From contig CAWDGJ010000003.1 in assembly GCA_963801815.1 (NCBI GenBank), positions 128,001-192,000 on the forward strand: a stretch of 64,000 bases of DNA. The letters run 5' to 3'. Origin of the DNA: an uncultured Verrucomicrobiae bacterium (GTDB lineage Bacteria; Verrucomicrobiota; Verrucomicrobiia; Chthoniobacterales; UBA10450). Below, in pieces: positions 10,170-19,864 of the stretch; positions within the stretch are counted from its first letter, which is position 1, and every line of letters starts with the position of its first letter. Below the pieces are notes generated by a model that worked only from the letters and a program-made list of their open reading frames with translations, made no database searches and was not told the DNA's origin. The position numbers and the translations under genes were made by a program.

Positions 10170-10502
10170 ATGAAATTTTTCCCCGCCATCGCCGCGCTTC
10201 TTGCCGTCGCGTTACTGTTTCCCTCGAAGACTTTCGGTGCCGGAAGATCGAAAAAGGGCACGCCGATGCCGTCGCTTGACACGAGCGACCACATTACAGC
10301 GATCCATCTCACCTCGATCACGATCAACGTTTTCGCCACCCACTTGGCGAAAGAATACAGGGTCACGCCGGCAACCAACATCACGGTGAACGGCCGCCCG
10401 GCTCAATTAGATGGCCTCTCGACCGGCATGAGCGTAATCGTCACGCCCTCGCCCGACGGTTTCACTGCGGCGAACATCCAGGCGAGAACCCCGCCGCGGT
10501 AA
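10170..10502 (+). CDS. Small secreted beta-rich hypothetical protein
   Basis: Signal peptide MKFFPAIAALLAVALL; ITVNGRPAQLDGLSTGMSVIV is OB-fold-like. Confidence 0.6.
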   Translation: MKFFPAIAALLAVALLFPSKTFGAGRSKKGTPMPSLDTSDHITAIHLTSITINVFATHLAKEYRVTPATNITVNGRPAQLDGLSTGMSVIVTPSPDGFTAANIQARTPPR

Positions 10503-10512
10503 CGCGGTATTG

Positions 10513-12600
10513 CTACTCGAAAACTTCTTCGAGCTGCTGATCGATTACTTCGCCGGTGAATCGATCAATCGCGATGTGTAGCCAATATCGCCTTTCAGCC
10601 TGGACAACGAATTGCGCGGCGTTAGACGCCGCCGGTGGATACCGACCGGACTGTGCGATTACATCAATCAGTAAAACCCAAGTGCGTGTTTGAGTGACTT
10701 CTGCAAGTGCTCGAGCGACCGTTTCCTGCTCTTCCTCGCTTGATCCTATCAGGTCGGCAGCGGCTGCCGCGAGACGAGTAATGTCGGCCCGACTGATTGC
10801 CGGATGTGATGCTGTTCCCTTCGAGGAATCCGATACGATTTTGGACGCAACTGCTTTGGCGGCGTCTGGACTAAGTCCAGTCGAACCGTTCTCAGTTGCA
10901 AGTGCGCCTCTAACAATCGATGCGAGCACGTCTGTATTCCGGGTGTTGAGATTGACGACGCCGGAGCGGACGCTCGCTACGTTGTAGGCAAATAGGTCGA
11001 GCAAGGGTGCATCTGCGCTTGCTTCGGAGCGAAAATCCAGAGTGGAAGACGAATTTCGGTAGGCATAACCCAGCTCTCCAACGTTGCGAAACGCACGTTT
11101 CAAAATCACAGGATTAGGAGGCAACAGCGGTGCCGCCGGGTCATTTGGAGGGATTTGATCAACTCCATACGCCTTTGCCAGGCTGGAGCCACTGGCGTAC
11201 TCAATCCAGGTAGTATTTGTGTCACTATCCCGTTGATCAATTAGTGATGCTCCGATCGAAAGAATCTCACCAATACTAGCTGTTGGCAGCGCGTAATTCA
11301 GTAGGGAGAACAAGTCCGGATTTTGATTAGTGCCGCTGATAGACGGAATAGTCGAGCGCAGCGTGGACCCTGATGTCCCGACGTATTGCCAATGCTCGGC
11401 CGCTGGAGGAGTTCCCGAGCTCGCCGGGACATACAGCAAGCCAAAATATTCTTGAATCAAAGCCGCGTTCCCATTGGTTGGCGGCGTCGTTGCGAAAAGA
11501 TCAAACCGACTCAGGGGGAATCTAGCGGCCAACTTGGCGCCGGCATCGCTCCATGTCGGCTTGTTTGCTTCACGCGAAAAACTCCCGAGTGACTGCATCG
11601 CACTTTGTTGGGCTTCCAGCGTTCTGCGCAATTCGAGTAATTCATTACGATTGATAATCGCTTGGTCAGTGCGGGGATTGGTTTTGCCGTAATTCGAGGG
11701 TGTCGCGACGACCCCGAAATTACGCGTCCGGTCCTGACCCGTCGCTACGCTTGACTCAAGAAAGTATTGAACGAACTGCAACGGGTTCGTCGGGAATGTG
11801 AAGGCGGCATAGTCGCCTGTTGGACTGCCGTTATAAAAATTTCTCCAGCCAACAATGTTGTCGATGGCGTTACTCGACAGCCCAACTGTCGTGAGATCGC
11901 TAAAACAAAGGACACCTTTTCGTCCAATGGTCTTGAGGTAGATGGGATCCGTAGAGTTCGTAGAAGGGAAGCCCGCTACGTTTAAATCCAAGAGCCCGCC
12001 TTCGTCGTACACAGCATATGAATAACGACCGAAGGTCTTAGAAGATGGCGATGCGAGAACTTCAGGTCCGTTCTCCGTTACGTAGACCCAATCCGGGGCG
12101 ACGAAATCGGAAATCGGAGTCGTGTCAGCAGTGGTGCTGTTCGGATTTAATCTTGGAATCAAATAGTGCTTGTTCCATCTCGCGGGCGTGATGGAGCGTC
12201 CGTTCAAGGACGTGTCGGTCGCTGAATTGACGGCTGATGCTCGGCTGGCTACGCCGGGGGAAGAGATGGTGTCGCTACGGACGCTTCGTCGAATTAGATT
12301 TGGCACGCTTGAAAAACTTCCGCTTCGCATCGGCACGACGTCCAAGTTGCTTTTCGGCGTGTAGCGGGGTGAGCCGTTCGAACCATTGATGATCTCCTGT
12401 TTGAAATCGCCCACGACAACGTCGAGCGCGCTCCGGGCGAGGGTGTCCGCTACCAGGTTATCTGCGCTATTGCTCGCGAGTTGACGGTCACTCGTGGTAC
12501 GGGCGAAGTATGCAAGCACGAGTCCGCACAAGAGAACCAAGAATGCCAGGACGAAGAGTAAAACTGCGCATGTAGATTTCTTTCTTGTCGCGTTTTTCAT
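10513..12600 (-). CDS. Verru_Chthon cassette protein A-like (large PilX/GspK-like pseudopilin)
   Basis: N-terminal hydrophobic VLLFVLAFLVLL, GRYSYAVYDEGGLLDLN, VNLNT; follows three prepilin genes. Confidence 0.75.
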   Translation of the reverse strand: MKNATRKKSTCAVLLFVLAFLVLLCGLVLAYFARTTSDRQLASNSADNLVADTLARSALDVVVGDFKQEIINGSNGSPRYTPKSNLDVVPMRSGSFSSVPNLIRRSVRSDTISSPGVASRASAVNSATDTSLNGRSITPARWNKHYLIPRLNPNSTTADTTPISDFVAPDWVYVTENGPEVLASPSSKTFGRYSYAVYDEGGLLDLNVAGFPSTNSTDPIYLKTIGRKGVLCFSDLTTVGLSSNAIDNIVGWRNFYNGSPTGDYAAFTFPTNPLQFVQYFLESSVATGQDRTRNFGVVATPSNYGKTNPRTDQAIINRNELLELRRTLEAQQSAMQSLGSFSREANKPTWSDAGAKLAARFPLSRFDLFATTPPTNGNAALIQEYFGLLYVPASSGTPPAAEHWQYVGTSGSTLRSTIPSISGTNQNPDLFSLLNYALPTASIGEILSIGASLIDQRDSDTNTTWIEYASGSSLAKAYGVDQIPPNDPAAPLLPPNPVILKRAFRNVGELGYAYRNSSSTLDFRSEASADAPLLDLFAYNVASVRSGVVNLNTRNTDVLASIVRGALATENGSTGLSPDAAKAVASKIVSDSSKGTASHPAISRADITRLAAAAADLIGSSEEEQETVARALAEVTQTRTWVLLIDVIAQSGRYPPAASNAAQFVVQAERRYWLHIAIDRFTGEVIDQQLEEVFE

Positions 12601-13550
12601 TGAAGCGTTGGCGCCAGGTAGAAACAGCGCTCATAAACGCGCACGCCGGAGAGCGCGGCCTTCGGCATCGACCTGACAGCTGGATTGCTGGGTGTGTCGA
12701 TAACCGACTGCCATTGATTAAGCAGCCAGCCGGCTCCATGACCGGTGCCGGCCGAGTAGTCGACAAGTGTTCCGGCAATGGTCGCCACGTCGGAATTGGT
12801 GAGCAAGACGTGACTCTTTGAATCTATCGTCGCAACAGCGACAACGACTGCGGCAATATCTCGCATTCCGCTAACGTCGCTATGTCCGACTGATGGGTCC
12901 CACGGAACCACCGACAGCGCGCCGCTGGTCAGCAAATAATAATACTCGAAGCGAAAAACTTGTGGCCCTGCTATCTCATGTTTTGAATCCGTGGTCGCGT
13001 TGCTGGTGACGGTCGTGGACCAGACCGACGAGATTGTGATTGGTGTAAAAACAATCGGACCATCAGTTATAGTTGGAGATGAGCCGTTGTTTGCCGACGA
13101 ATCACCATTCATTAACAGGCCCCGCGCCATTCGTTGCAGACGCGTGTAAGCAGCCGCGTTTGCGACTGCGGTGCTTGAATTGACCTTGTATGAGACGAGG
13201 GAAAACGGACTCGGAGAACCGGTTGATGGATAGTCTCCCGGGACCATCGTAAAAAACGCAATGCGGTCGTTGATTGTGCTTAGTGTACTTCCGGTCATCG
13301 CGCCACCGGCGGTGGTACCCTTACCGTAGAAGTCGACATCGGATCGCTTAACCATCTGGGTAAAATCAATCGCCATGCGATCGAACAGTTGTCTGACTTG
13401 TCCGTCGGATTCGATGTGCTTTGTCGCGAGATTTGTCAGGGTAGACGCGCTGCTAATCAAATGGCTTACAAACAAAATGACGACTGTAAGGACCGCGACC
13501 GCGACTAACAGTTCCGTCAAGGTAAACGCCTTGGTTCGTTTGCGGATCAT
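12597..13550 (-). CDS. Prepilin-type protein (Verru_Chthon cassette C / PilW-like)
   Basis: Class III signal KA|FTLTELLVAVAVL. Confidence 0.8.
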   Translation of the reverse strand: MIRKRTKAFTLTELLVAVAVLTVVILFVSHLISSASTLTNLATKHIESDGQVRQLFDRMAIDFTQMVKRSDVDFYGKGTTAGGAMTGSTLSTINDRIAFFTMVPGDYPSTGSPSPFSLVSYKVNSSTAVANAAAYTRLQRMARGLLMNGDSSANNGSSPTITDGPIVFTPITISSVWSTTVTSNATTDSKHEIAGPQVFRFEYYYLLTSGALSVVPWDPSVGHSDVSGMRDIAAVVVAVATIDSKSHVLLTNSDVATIAGTLVDYSAGTGHGAGWLLNQWQSVIDTPSNPAVRSMPKAALSGVRVYERCFYLAPTLQ

Positions 13551-13558
13551 GCGGAGAA

Positions 13559-13999
13559 TTAGTGGCGATCAAATGCCGCAAACATCTCCACCGTGCCGTT
13601 AGTATTCGCTTGGACCGCCGTTGCCGGCCAACTCGCTTTTAGATCGGCGAAGGCAGCAGCGTTCGAACCGGCTGTATTCGTTGGGAAATTGATCGTAACC
13701 TGGTACCTCGAATTCGCATTGAGGGTTGTTGCGAATTTGCTTTCGCTTTCGAAATACAGAGTTTTTGGCGACCCGAATGTGACGCCAAATTGGTTAGATG
13801 TCGTTCCCGCTCTGGGGGTCGCTCGCATGTCAGCGATGACTGCGGATAAAATATTTGCCGCGATGGTTTGCGAGCTCGCATTTTGATTTGTTCTTAGGCC
13901 AATTGGCAGCAATCCCAAGATTGTAACCAAACAAAGCGAGGCGACGCCGAGCGCTAGAGTCACTTCGACCAGAGAAAAGCCCCAGAAACTGCGACTCAT
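13559..13999 (-). CDS. Prepilin-type protein (Verru_Chthon cassette B / PilV-like)
   Basis: G|FSLVEVTLALGV...ILGLLPIGL. Confidence 0.82.
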   Translation of the reverse strand: MSRSFWGFSLVEVTLALGVASLCLVTILGLLPIGLRTNQNASSQTIAANILSAVIADMRATPRAGTTSNQFGVTFGSPKTLYFESESKFATTLNANSRYQVTINFPTNTAGSNAAAFADLKASWPATAVQANTNGTVEMFAAFDRH

Positions 14000-14832
14000 G
14001 GCTGATAGACCCTAATATTGCCGCCTAATCCGGTGACCTGAATGGCGCAGTCTTTGTTGTCGTCGAGAACGGCCCCTCGAACCGACTGCAACCCAATTTC
14101 GAGGAAAGCACGGATTGTATAGTTGTTATTATTTACCCGCGCTTCACCTCGCGGACTGAATTCGATCATCTTGACGAATGTGTATTGGGCCGCGCTAGAA
14201 GAGTCTCCCACCGGATATTGAAAGGGTCGCAGTGAATCCGGCGGACTGGTGTCGCCGATTTTGGCGTTGTCAGGAAAATTGCCGGGAATCGGAGGGCGAG
14301 TAGAAAACTTGTCAGCTTCTCCGGTCCCAGTTCCGTTAGCGAATGTGCGAAGGTGCACGTCGTCGAGCCGAATGAGCCTCGTGACTTGTGTCAGCCTGGT
14401 CGGCTCCATCGCTGCAGTTGGGTTACTTACGGGCTGTTGGTAGACGATTGTCCCGTCTGTAGATGCGACAGTAGAAACTACAACTCTGCCCGCCCCTGCC
14501 GTTGCCGGATTGGTTGGATAAGTGGAGCCATTTTCTTCGAAGAATCCAACCCAGGTGTAAGTACTGTTTATGATGGAATAGGTTCGCGCCTGCTCCAATA
14601 CACCCTTAATCGTGTACGCCGCATTCGTAATCTCCGTCGCGGTTTTTATACTCGTGAACGTCGGTACAAGAAAGACCATCAGAATTGCGATGATTGCGAC
14701 GACGACAAGAGACTCCAAGAGTGTGAAGCCACGCTCTTGAGAGATCAGACAACGCCGTGTGGCGAACACCGAGTGTTCCAGGGCGAACGTGGAAAGGCCA
14801 ACGTGATGAGTGCCAGCGAGGGGGGAAAGCAC
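13996..14832 (-). CDS. Prepilin-type protein (Verru_Chthon cassette D / FimT-like); true start probably downstream of 14832
   Basis: RG|FTLLESLVVVAIIAIL, LEQARTY, IEFSPRGE. Confidence 0.8.
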   Translation of the reverse strand: MLSPLAGTHHVGLSTFALEHSVFATRRCLISQERGFTLLESLVVVAIIAILMVFLVPTFTSIKTATEITNAAYTIKGVLEQARTYSIINSTYTWVGFFEENGSTYPTNPATAGAGRVVVSTVASTDGTIVYQQPVSNPTAAMEPTRLTQVTRLIRLDDVHLRTFANGTGTGEADKFSTRPPIPGNFPDNAKIGDTSPPDSLRPFQYPVGDSSSAAQYTFVKMIEFSPRGEARVNNNNYTIRAFLEIGLQSVRGAVLDDNKDCAIQVTGLGGNIRVYQP

Positions 14833-15024
14833 GCGCTTGAAAATAGTGAGCTAAGGGCAAAATGTGAATCACAAATTGCATGCGGACCGTGTTCAAACGG
14901 CCCCTTCAATTCATCTAACGTTCAGTTTCACAAAGGTTTAACAAGCGTCACAAATTCGCAATTTTAAGAGGGAAATTCCCCACGGCAGCGGATAGGGGCA
15001 TGCTTCTAGCTTTTAGAGCCTGAC

Positions 15025-15960
15025 GTGCTGGAACACGCCCTATCTGCCGAGGAGCACAATCAAATCCTCCAAACGATTGAGATGTTTGAGGCGATCACTC
15101 AAACACAACCGGAGGATTATCAATCGCTAGAGATCCTCAAGGAAGCCTACACGAAAATCGGCCGGCACGATGAGGCGCTCAAGGTCTCTCGCAAGCTTGC
15201 CGAGTCGTATTTCGGTTCCGGATCGTACACCCCGGCGCTGCACGAATGCGAAATGATCCTCACCCGGCAGCCGAACTCGCCGGAAATCTTGGCAATGTTA
15301 GGCGAGATCGAGCAAAGGCTGCAGGCGTCCGGCCAGGCGATTGTCGAAAAATCAAAAGCCGCGGGCGGTCTCGTGAACGGTCCGTTCACGAAGGTCGACG
15401 GGTCGTTGGTTGCACCGAACATCGAAGGCGCGTTAATCGATGTCGATCCCTCGCGCGGTAAAGGTCTGGGCAGAATCACGAATTTGCACGAACGCGGCGA
15501 CGATCATCTCGCGAAATTCTTGGTCGTGCAGCAACTGTTCCCGGAAGAGCAGGTGAACGGCGCGCTCGAAACGACAAAGGAAGCGAACAAGGATCTGCAC
15601 GGCCAGGCGATGGCGATGTCGATGCTGGAAGAGTTGACCAAAGGGAAACCGCAGCAGCTCGAGGCGGTCCTCTCGGCATTGATCGACCGGACTAAATTCG
15701 CATTCGTTCCACTCGAATATTATGACACTGACCGGCAAATCGCGCCGATGTTGCCGGAATATCTGACGCTCGGGCGTTTATTTGTCCCCTTCGATCTTGT
15801 CAGCCGCACAATCATGGTGGCGTGCTGCAATCCGTTTGATGCGGCGGGCCGCGACGCAGTTCAGCAGTCTGTCGATTACACCGTGTCGTGGTATTTGGCG
15901 CGGCCAACGGCAATCGCGCAAGCATTGCGCGCGATTTATCGGCTCGAAGCCAAAACCTAA
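15025..15960 (+). CDS. TPR protein with a C-terminal GspE/PilB N-terminal-like domain and no ATPase
   Basis: TPR-like helices (PEDYQSLEILKEAYTKIG); C-terminal FVPFD...IMVACCNPFD...IAQALRAIY resembles the PilB N-domain. Confidence 0.65.
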   Translation: MLEHALSAEEHNQILQTIEMFEAITQTQPEDYQSLEILKEAYTKIGRHDEALKVSRKLAESYFGSGSYTPALHECEMILTRQPNSPEILAMLGEIEQRLQASGQAIVEKSKAAGGLVNGPFTKVDGSLVAPNIEGALIDVDPSRGKGLGRITNLHERGDDHLAKFLVVQQLFPEEQVNGALETTKEANKDLHGQAMAMSMLEELTKGKPQQLEAVLSALIDRTKFAFVPLEYYDTDRQIAPMLPEYLTLGRLFVPFDLVSRTIMVACCNPFDAAGRDAVQQSVDYTVSWYLARPTAIAQALRAIYRLEAKT

Positions 15961-15966
15961 AGATCC

Positions 15967-17685
15967 ATGAGAAGCAAATCTTTCGCCGAACGGATCGCGG
16001 ACGTGTTGATCGAGGAAGGCCTCCTTCTTCCGAACCAACTCGAGGAAGCCACAGGCATCCAAAAATCCGAAGGTGGCAGGTTACTCAAGATTTTGACGGA
16101 CCGGCAATTCGTGACCGAGCAGGACATGGTGTTCAGCATCGGGCGTTGCCTGAACACGCCACCGGTGAACCTGTCACGACTGCGCGTTCCCGAAGATGTG
16201 ATGTCAATCGTGCCGCGCGAAATGGCCAAAGCAAACAAGCTCGTACCGATCGCGCGCCTGGACGGGAAACTTTTCGTGGCGATGGCAGACCCGACGAATG
16301 TGCTCGCTGTCGACGATCTGAAGCGACGCGTGCAGCTCGAAATCGTTCCGATGATCGCGACCGAGCGCTCGGTGCTCGACACGCTCGCCGGCGTCCATGG
16401 CCCGGGCAACATGAGCCAGGTATTGCGTCAGGTTTCAGAAGAAGCGACGCAAGGTGCCGAATCAGTGGAAGTCCAGAGTGCGAAACGCGAAGAGATCGAT
16501 CTCGATCGGCTCGCACATGACAGCGAGGACGCGCCGGTCATTAAGATCGTCAACTTGATTCTCGCGCAAGCCGTCAAAGAGAAGGCGTCGGACATTCACA
16601 TTGAGCCATTTCAAAACACGCTCAAGTTGCGCTACCGGATCGATGGCGAACTGATTCCGGCGGAGTCGCCGCCGAAAGCGTTGCAGCTCGCGATCACCTC
16701 GCGCATCAAGATTCTGGCGGGACTGAACATCGCCGAACGGCGCATTCCCCAGGATGGCCGCTTCCGCATTCGCGTTCTCGGCAAAGAGATCGACTTGCGT
16801 ATTTCGATTCTGCCCACGGCTCACGGGGAAAAGATTGTCATTCGTATTCTCGATAAGAGTGCGCTGAGCGGAAGCATCGACCAAATGGGAATGGACGCCG
16901 ACACCCTGGCCAAGTTCAAGAAGGCAATCGATGCGCCGCACGGTATGATTTTGGTCACCGGCCCTACCGGCTCGGGTAAAACCACGACGCTGTATTCGGT
17001 CCTGCACGAGTTAAACAGCCCCCAATACAACATCGTTACCGTCGAAGACCCGATCGAGTACGAGTTGGCGGGAATCAATCAGGTGGCGGTCCGTTCGGAC
17101 ATAGGCCTCGATTTCGCGTCGGCGTTGCGTTCGATCCTGCGTCAGGACCCGGACATCGTGATGGTTGGTGAAATTCGCGACAACGAAACCGCAGACATTG
17201 CGGTCAAAGCGGCTTTGACGGGTCACCAGGTGCTAAGCACGCTGCACACAAACGACGCCGCCGGCGCGATCACCCGGCTGGACGATATGGGCATCGAACC
17301 GTTTTTGATTTCGAGCTCGATCCTGATGACGTGTGCGCAACGGCTGGTGCGCCGGACCTGCACGAATTGCAAAGAGCCATTCGTTCCTGAAGCAGAGATC
17401 CTTCAAAAACTCAACCTGTCTGAAAACAAGGAAGCAGCCTTCTATCACGGCACGGGCTGCGATCGTTGCAAAGGCCGCGGTTATCTCGGACGTGCGGCGT
17501 TGATCGAGGCGCTTCCGGTCAGCGAAGCCATCCGTCGGCTGATTATCAAGCGCGCTTCGGCGGCAGTGATCAAGAACCAGGCCATCACCGAAGGGATGAA
17601 AACTTTGCGCGGGATTGGAATCGAGAAGGCGCTCGAAGGCGTGACTACGCTTGAAGAGATTTGGCGAGTAACAGCGGAGGACTGA
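15967..17685 (+). CDS. pilB: Type IV pilus assembly ATPase PilB (GspE/PulE family)
   Basis: ASDIHIEP, Walker A GPTGSGKTT, TVEDPIE, LRQDPDIVMVGEIRD, HTND, CxxC...CxxC. Confidence 0.93.
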   Translation: MRSKSFAERIADVLIEEGLLLPNQLEEATGIQKSEGGRLLKILTDRQFVTEQDMVFSIGRCLNTPPVNLSRLRVPEDVMSIVPREMAKANKLVPIARLDGKLFVAMADPTNVLAVDDLKRRVQLEIVPMIATERSVLDTLAGVHGPGNMSQVLRQVSEEATQGAESVEVQSAKREEIDLDRLAHDSEDAPVIKIVNLILAQAVKEKASDIHIEPFQNTLKLRYRIDGELIPAESPPKALQLAITSRIKILAGLNIAERRIPQDGRFRIRVLGKEIDLRISILPTAHGEKIVIRILDKSALSGSIDQMGMDADTLAKFKKAIDAPHGMILVTGPTGSGKTTTLYSVLHELNSPQYNIVTVEDPIEYELAGINQVAVRSDIGLDFASALRSILRQDPDIVMVGEIRDNETADIAVKAALTGHQVLSTLHTNDAAGAITRLDDMGIEPFLISSSILMTCAQRLVRRTCTNCKEPFVPEAEILQKLNLSENKEAAFYHGTGCDRCKGRGYLGRAALIEALPVSEAIRRLIIKRASAAVIKNQAITEGMKTLRGIGIEKALEGVTTLEEIWRVTAED

Positions 17686-17689
17686 CGCA

Positions 17690-19864
17690 ATGACAATTCC
17701 ATTTCTCGATCTTTTCAAAAAACTAACCGGTCGCTCAACGGCGCGGGCAGCCACAGCGTCGCCGGCCTCTGTGGTGATTCGTCCAAAAAAACCGGACAGC
17801 GAGCGGTTGAGCAAGACCGTGCTCCCAAATGCGGCGCGTTCGTTTTCGAATCCGGACCCGTTTCGTTCGGCGGCCGTGACCGCGTCGGGTTCGCGAAGTA
17901 ACGTGCCATTGGAAATTAGCGCGACTAAAATTACTACTTCGGCAACTCGATCGCGCTCGACTCAATTACCACCGGCGCTGGCCCGTGCGCTGGAACCAAA
18001 ATTGGAGCGCACGATTTCGTTTAAGGTGGCAGATCTAATTGACGCCGTGCCGGCGGGTTTTATTAAGCCGGTGGAAATACTCGACGTGAACGCGGTCGTT
18101 TCGCTGAAAGCGTCGGAAATAGAGAAGGGGATGCCGGACAAGCAGCCGATGATTTCCCTGCCGAGCCTTTACCAACAGGCCCCTGAAATTTTCTTGCGCA
18201 CGGTGCGACCAGATGATGACACACGGGTGGCTCTGCCTTACGAAAAGGTTCTGGAGCAATTCCAAAGCGCGCAGGTGCGTTCCGACCAAATCCGCGATCC
18301 AGCGGTCCCTCAACTTAAGACGCCAATTCTCACGGCCACGCTCCGGGATTCAGAGCGGTTTGGAACGAAGATCGAGCCGATCGAAACATCCGTGCTGCCG
18401 ACGGTTCCGGTGAAACAAGCGTCGGCAGAATCGATTGCCGAGGCCGAACCGGATGCCACTCCGGTGCAGTCTCAAACTCCGACGAAAACGCCAGCTTCTG
18501 GCCGTCGCGTGATTTCGCTTCATTCACCGGAGCTAGAACCGAAGAGCAAGGCTCCCGAGCCGCCTCTGAGCGGAACGGAGTTTAAGATTCCCTTTGAACT
18601 TTCGCCGAATGGAACGGGTGCGTTCGCTCCCGAGAGAGTTCCAGCCTCTAGCGGGCCGCCCGTTCCAACTCCTTTACCGTTCACGCCAGAGCTGTCGAAA
18701 ATCTCGCTCAGACTCGCGGCCGACGAACCCACAGTTCCCACGCCTTCGGCAAAAAGCGCAGTCGGGGAAACTGCACCGTCACCGGCAAAGACGCCGGTCA
18801 AAAAAACTGGAACACCGCCACCGACAACGAAATTGAAGGTGGAAGAGGTGGCGCCGCCAGCTGCTTTGGCGAAACCGGCAGTGGAACCATCGGTAGCGCC
18901 GAAATCGCAACCGAAAGAAATTGCAACGCAGACGGCGAAAACCACGGCTCACGACCCTGCAAAACCGTTGCCCGCAAAGCCAACCGCCCGAGTCTCCACA
19001 CCCACGCAACCCTTGGTTCCGCAACCGAAAGCGGAGGTTTCGCTTTCACTCAAAGTGGTCTTGCAAAATCTACCGGCTTTCCAGTTGAACGGAGATGTGG
19101 GCGCCGTTTCGGGCGAAGTGCGAATCGCATTTCCTCTGGCTTTAATTGAGCCGCAACTGGCGAGCGGGCGCGTTTCAATCGCGCCAGATCTTTTTCAAGC
19201 GGCGCTGCCGGCGGAACATCGAGCTTTGTTTCAGATTGATGTGCACAAGACATCGGTGGCGTTGCCACTGGAAGAGGTGCTGAAAAATCTTCCCGCGACC
19301 GTCTTAAAACTTCGCGACGATCAGGAACAGCCCACGCTCAACAAAGATTTTGAGACGCCATTCCTGGCCAAAGCGCAGGAAGATGCTCGACGTTTCAGTC
19401 CAACGCCTGACGCGGCCGTAGACGTCCCCAAAAAGCCCGAGAAAAAATCGCCTGCCGAACCAGTCGAAGCGAAGTCGCCGGCCGATAAAATCGATCCGAA
19501 AAAGATCGTTTCTCAGGCGAACGCGCTCCCGGGTGTAAAGGCATGCGCGATCACGTTTTCAGACGGATTGACTTTCGCCGGAGAGTTGCCCGAGGAAGTC
19601 AAAGCAGACGGTTTGTGTGCGATGGCGCCCTCGCTGCTACAACGGATCACTCAGCACGTGCGCGAGACGAAGCTCGGCCAACTCGTGGCCATGACGTTGT
19701 ATACAAGCGATTCGGCGGTCAGCTTTTTTGCGCGCGGCGACGTTTGCCTGACTGCGTTGCACGATACCTCGCTTGCTCCCGAGACACGCACGCATCTGGC
19801 CGAATTCGTCGAAAAGCTTTCCAAGACCTACGCACAACCGGAGAAGTCGAATGTCGATCATTAA
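17690..19864 (+). CDS. Large protein: duplicated globular domain, Pro/Ala/Lys-rich linker, C-terminal Roadblock/LC7-like domain
   Basis: C-terminal LPGVKACAITFSDGL..AGELP resembles Roadblock; overlaps the mglA start. Confidence 0.65.
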   Translation: MTIPFLDLFKKLTGRSTARAATASPASVVIRPKKPDSERLSKTVLPNAARSFSNPDPFRSAAVTASGSRSNVPLEISATKITTSATRSRSTQLPPALARALEPKLERTISFKVADLIDAVPAGFIKPVEILDVNAVVSLKASEIEKGMPDKQPMISLPSLYQQAPEIFLRTVRPDDDTRVALPYEKVLEQFQSAQVRSDQIRDPAVPQLKTPILTATLRDSERFGTKIEPIETSVLPTVPVKQASAESIAEAEPDATPVQSQTPTKTPASGRRVISLHSPELEPKSKAPEPPLSGTEFKIPFELSPNGTGAFAPERVPASSGPPVPTPLPFTPELSKISLRLAADEPTVPTPSAKSAVGETAPSPAKTPVKKTGTPPPTTKLKVEEVAPPAALAKPAVEPSVAPKSQPKEIATQTAKTTAHDPAKPLPAKPTARVSTPTQPLVPQPKAEVSLSLKVVLQNLPAFQLNGDVGAVSGEVRIAFPLALIEPQLASGRVSIAPDLFQAALPAEHRALFQIDVHKTSVALPLEEVLKNLPATVLKLRDDQEQPTLNKDFETPFLAKAQEDARRFSPTPDAAVDVPKKPEKKSPAEPVEAKSPADKIDPKKIVSQANALPGVKACAITFSDGLTFAGELPEEVKADGLCAMAPSLLQRITQHVRETKLGQLVAMTLYTSDSAVSFFARGDVCLTALHDTSLAPETRTHLAEFVEKLSKTYAQPEKSNVDH

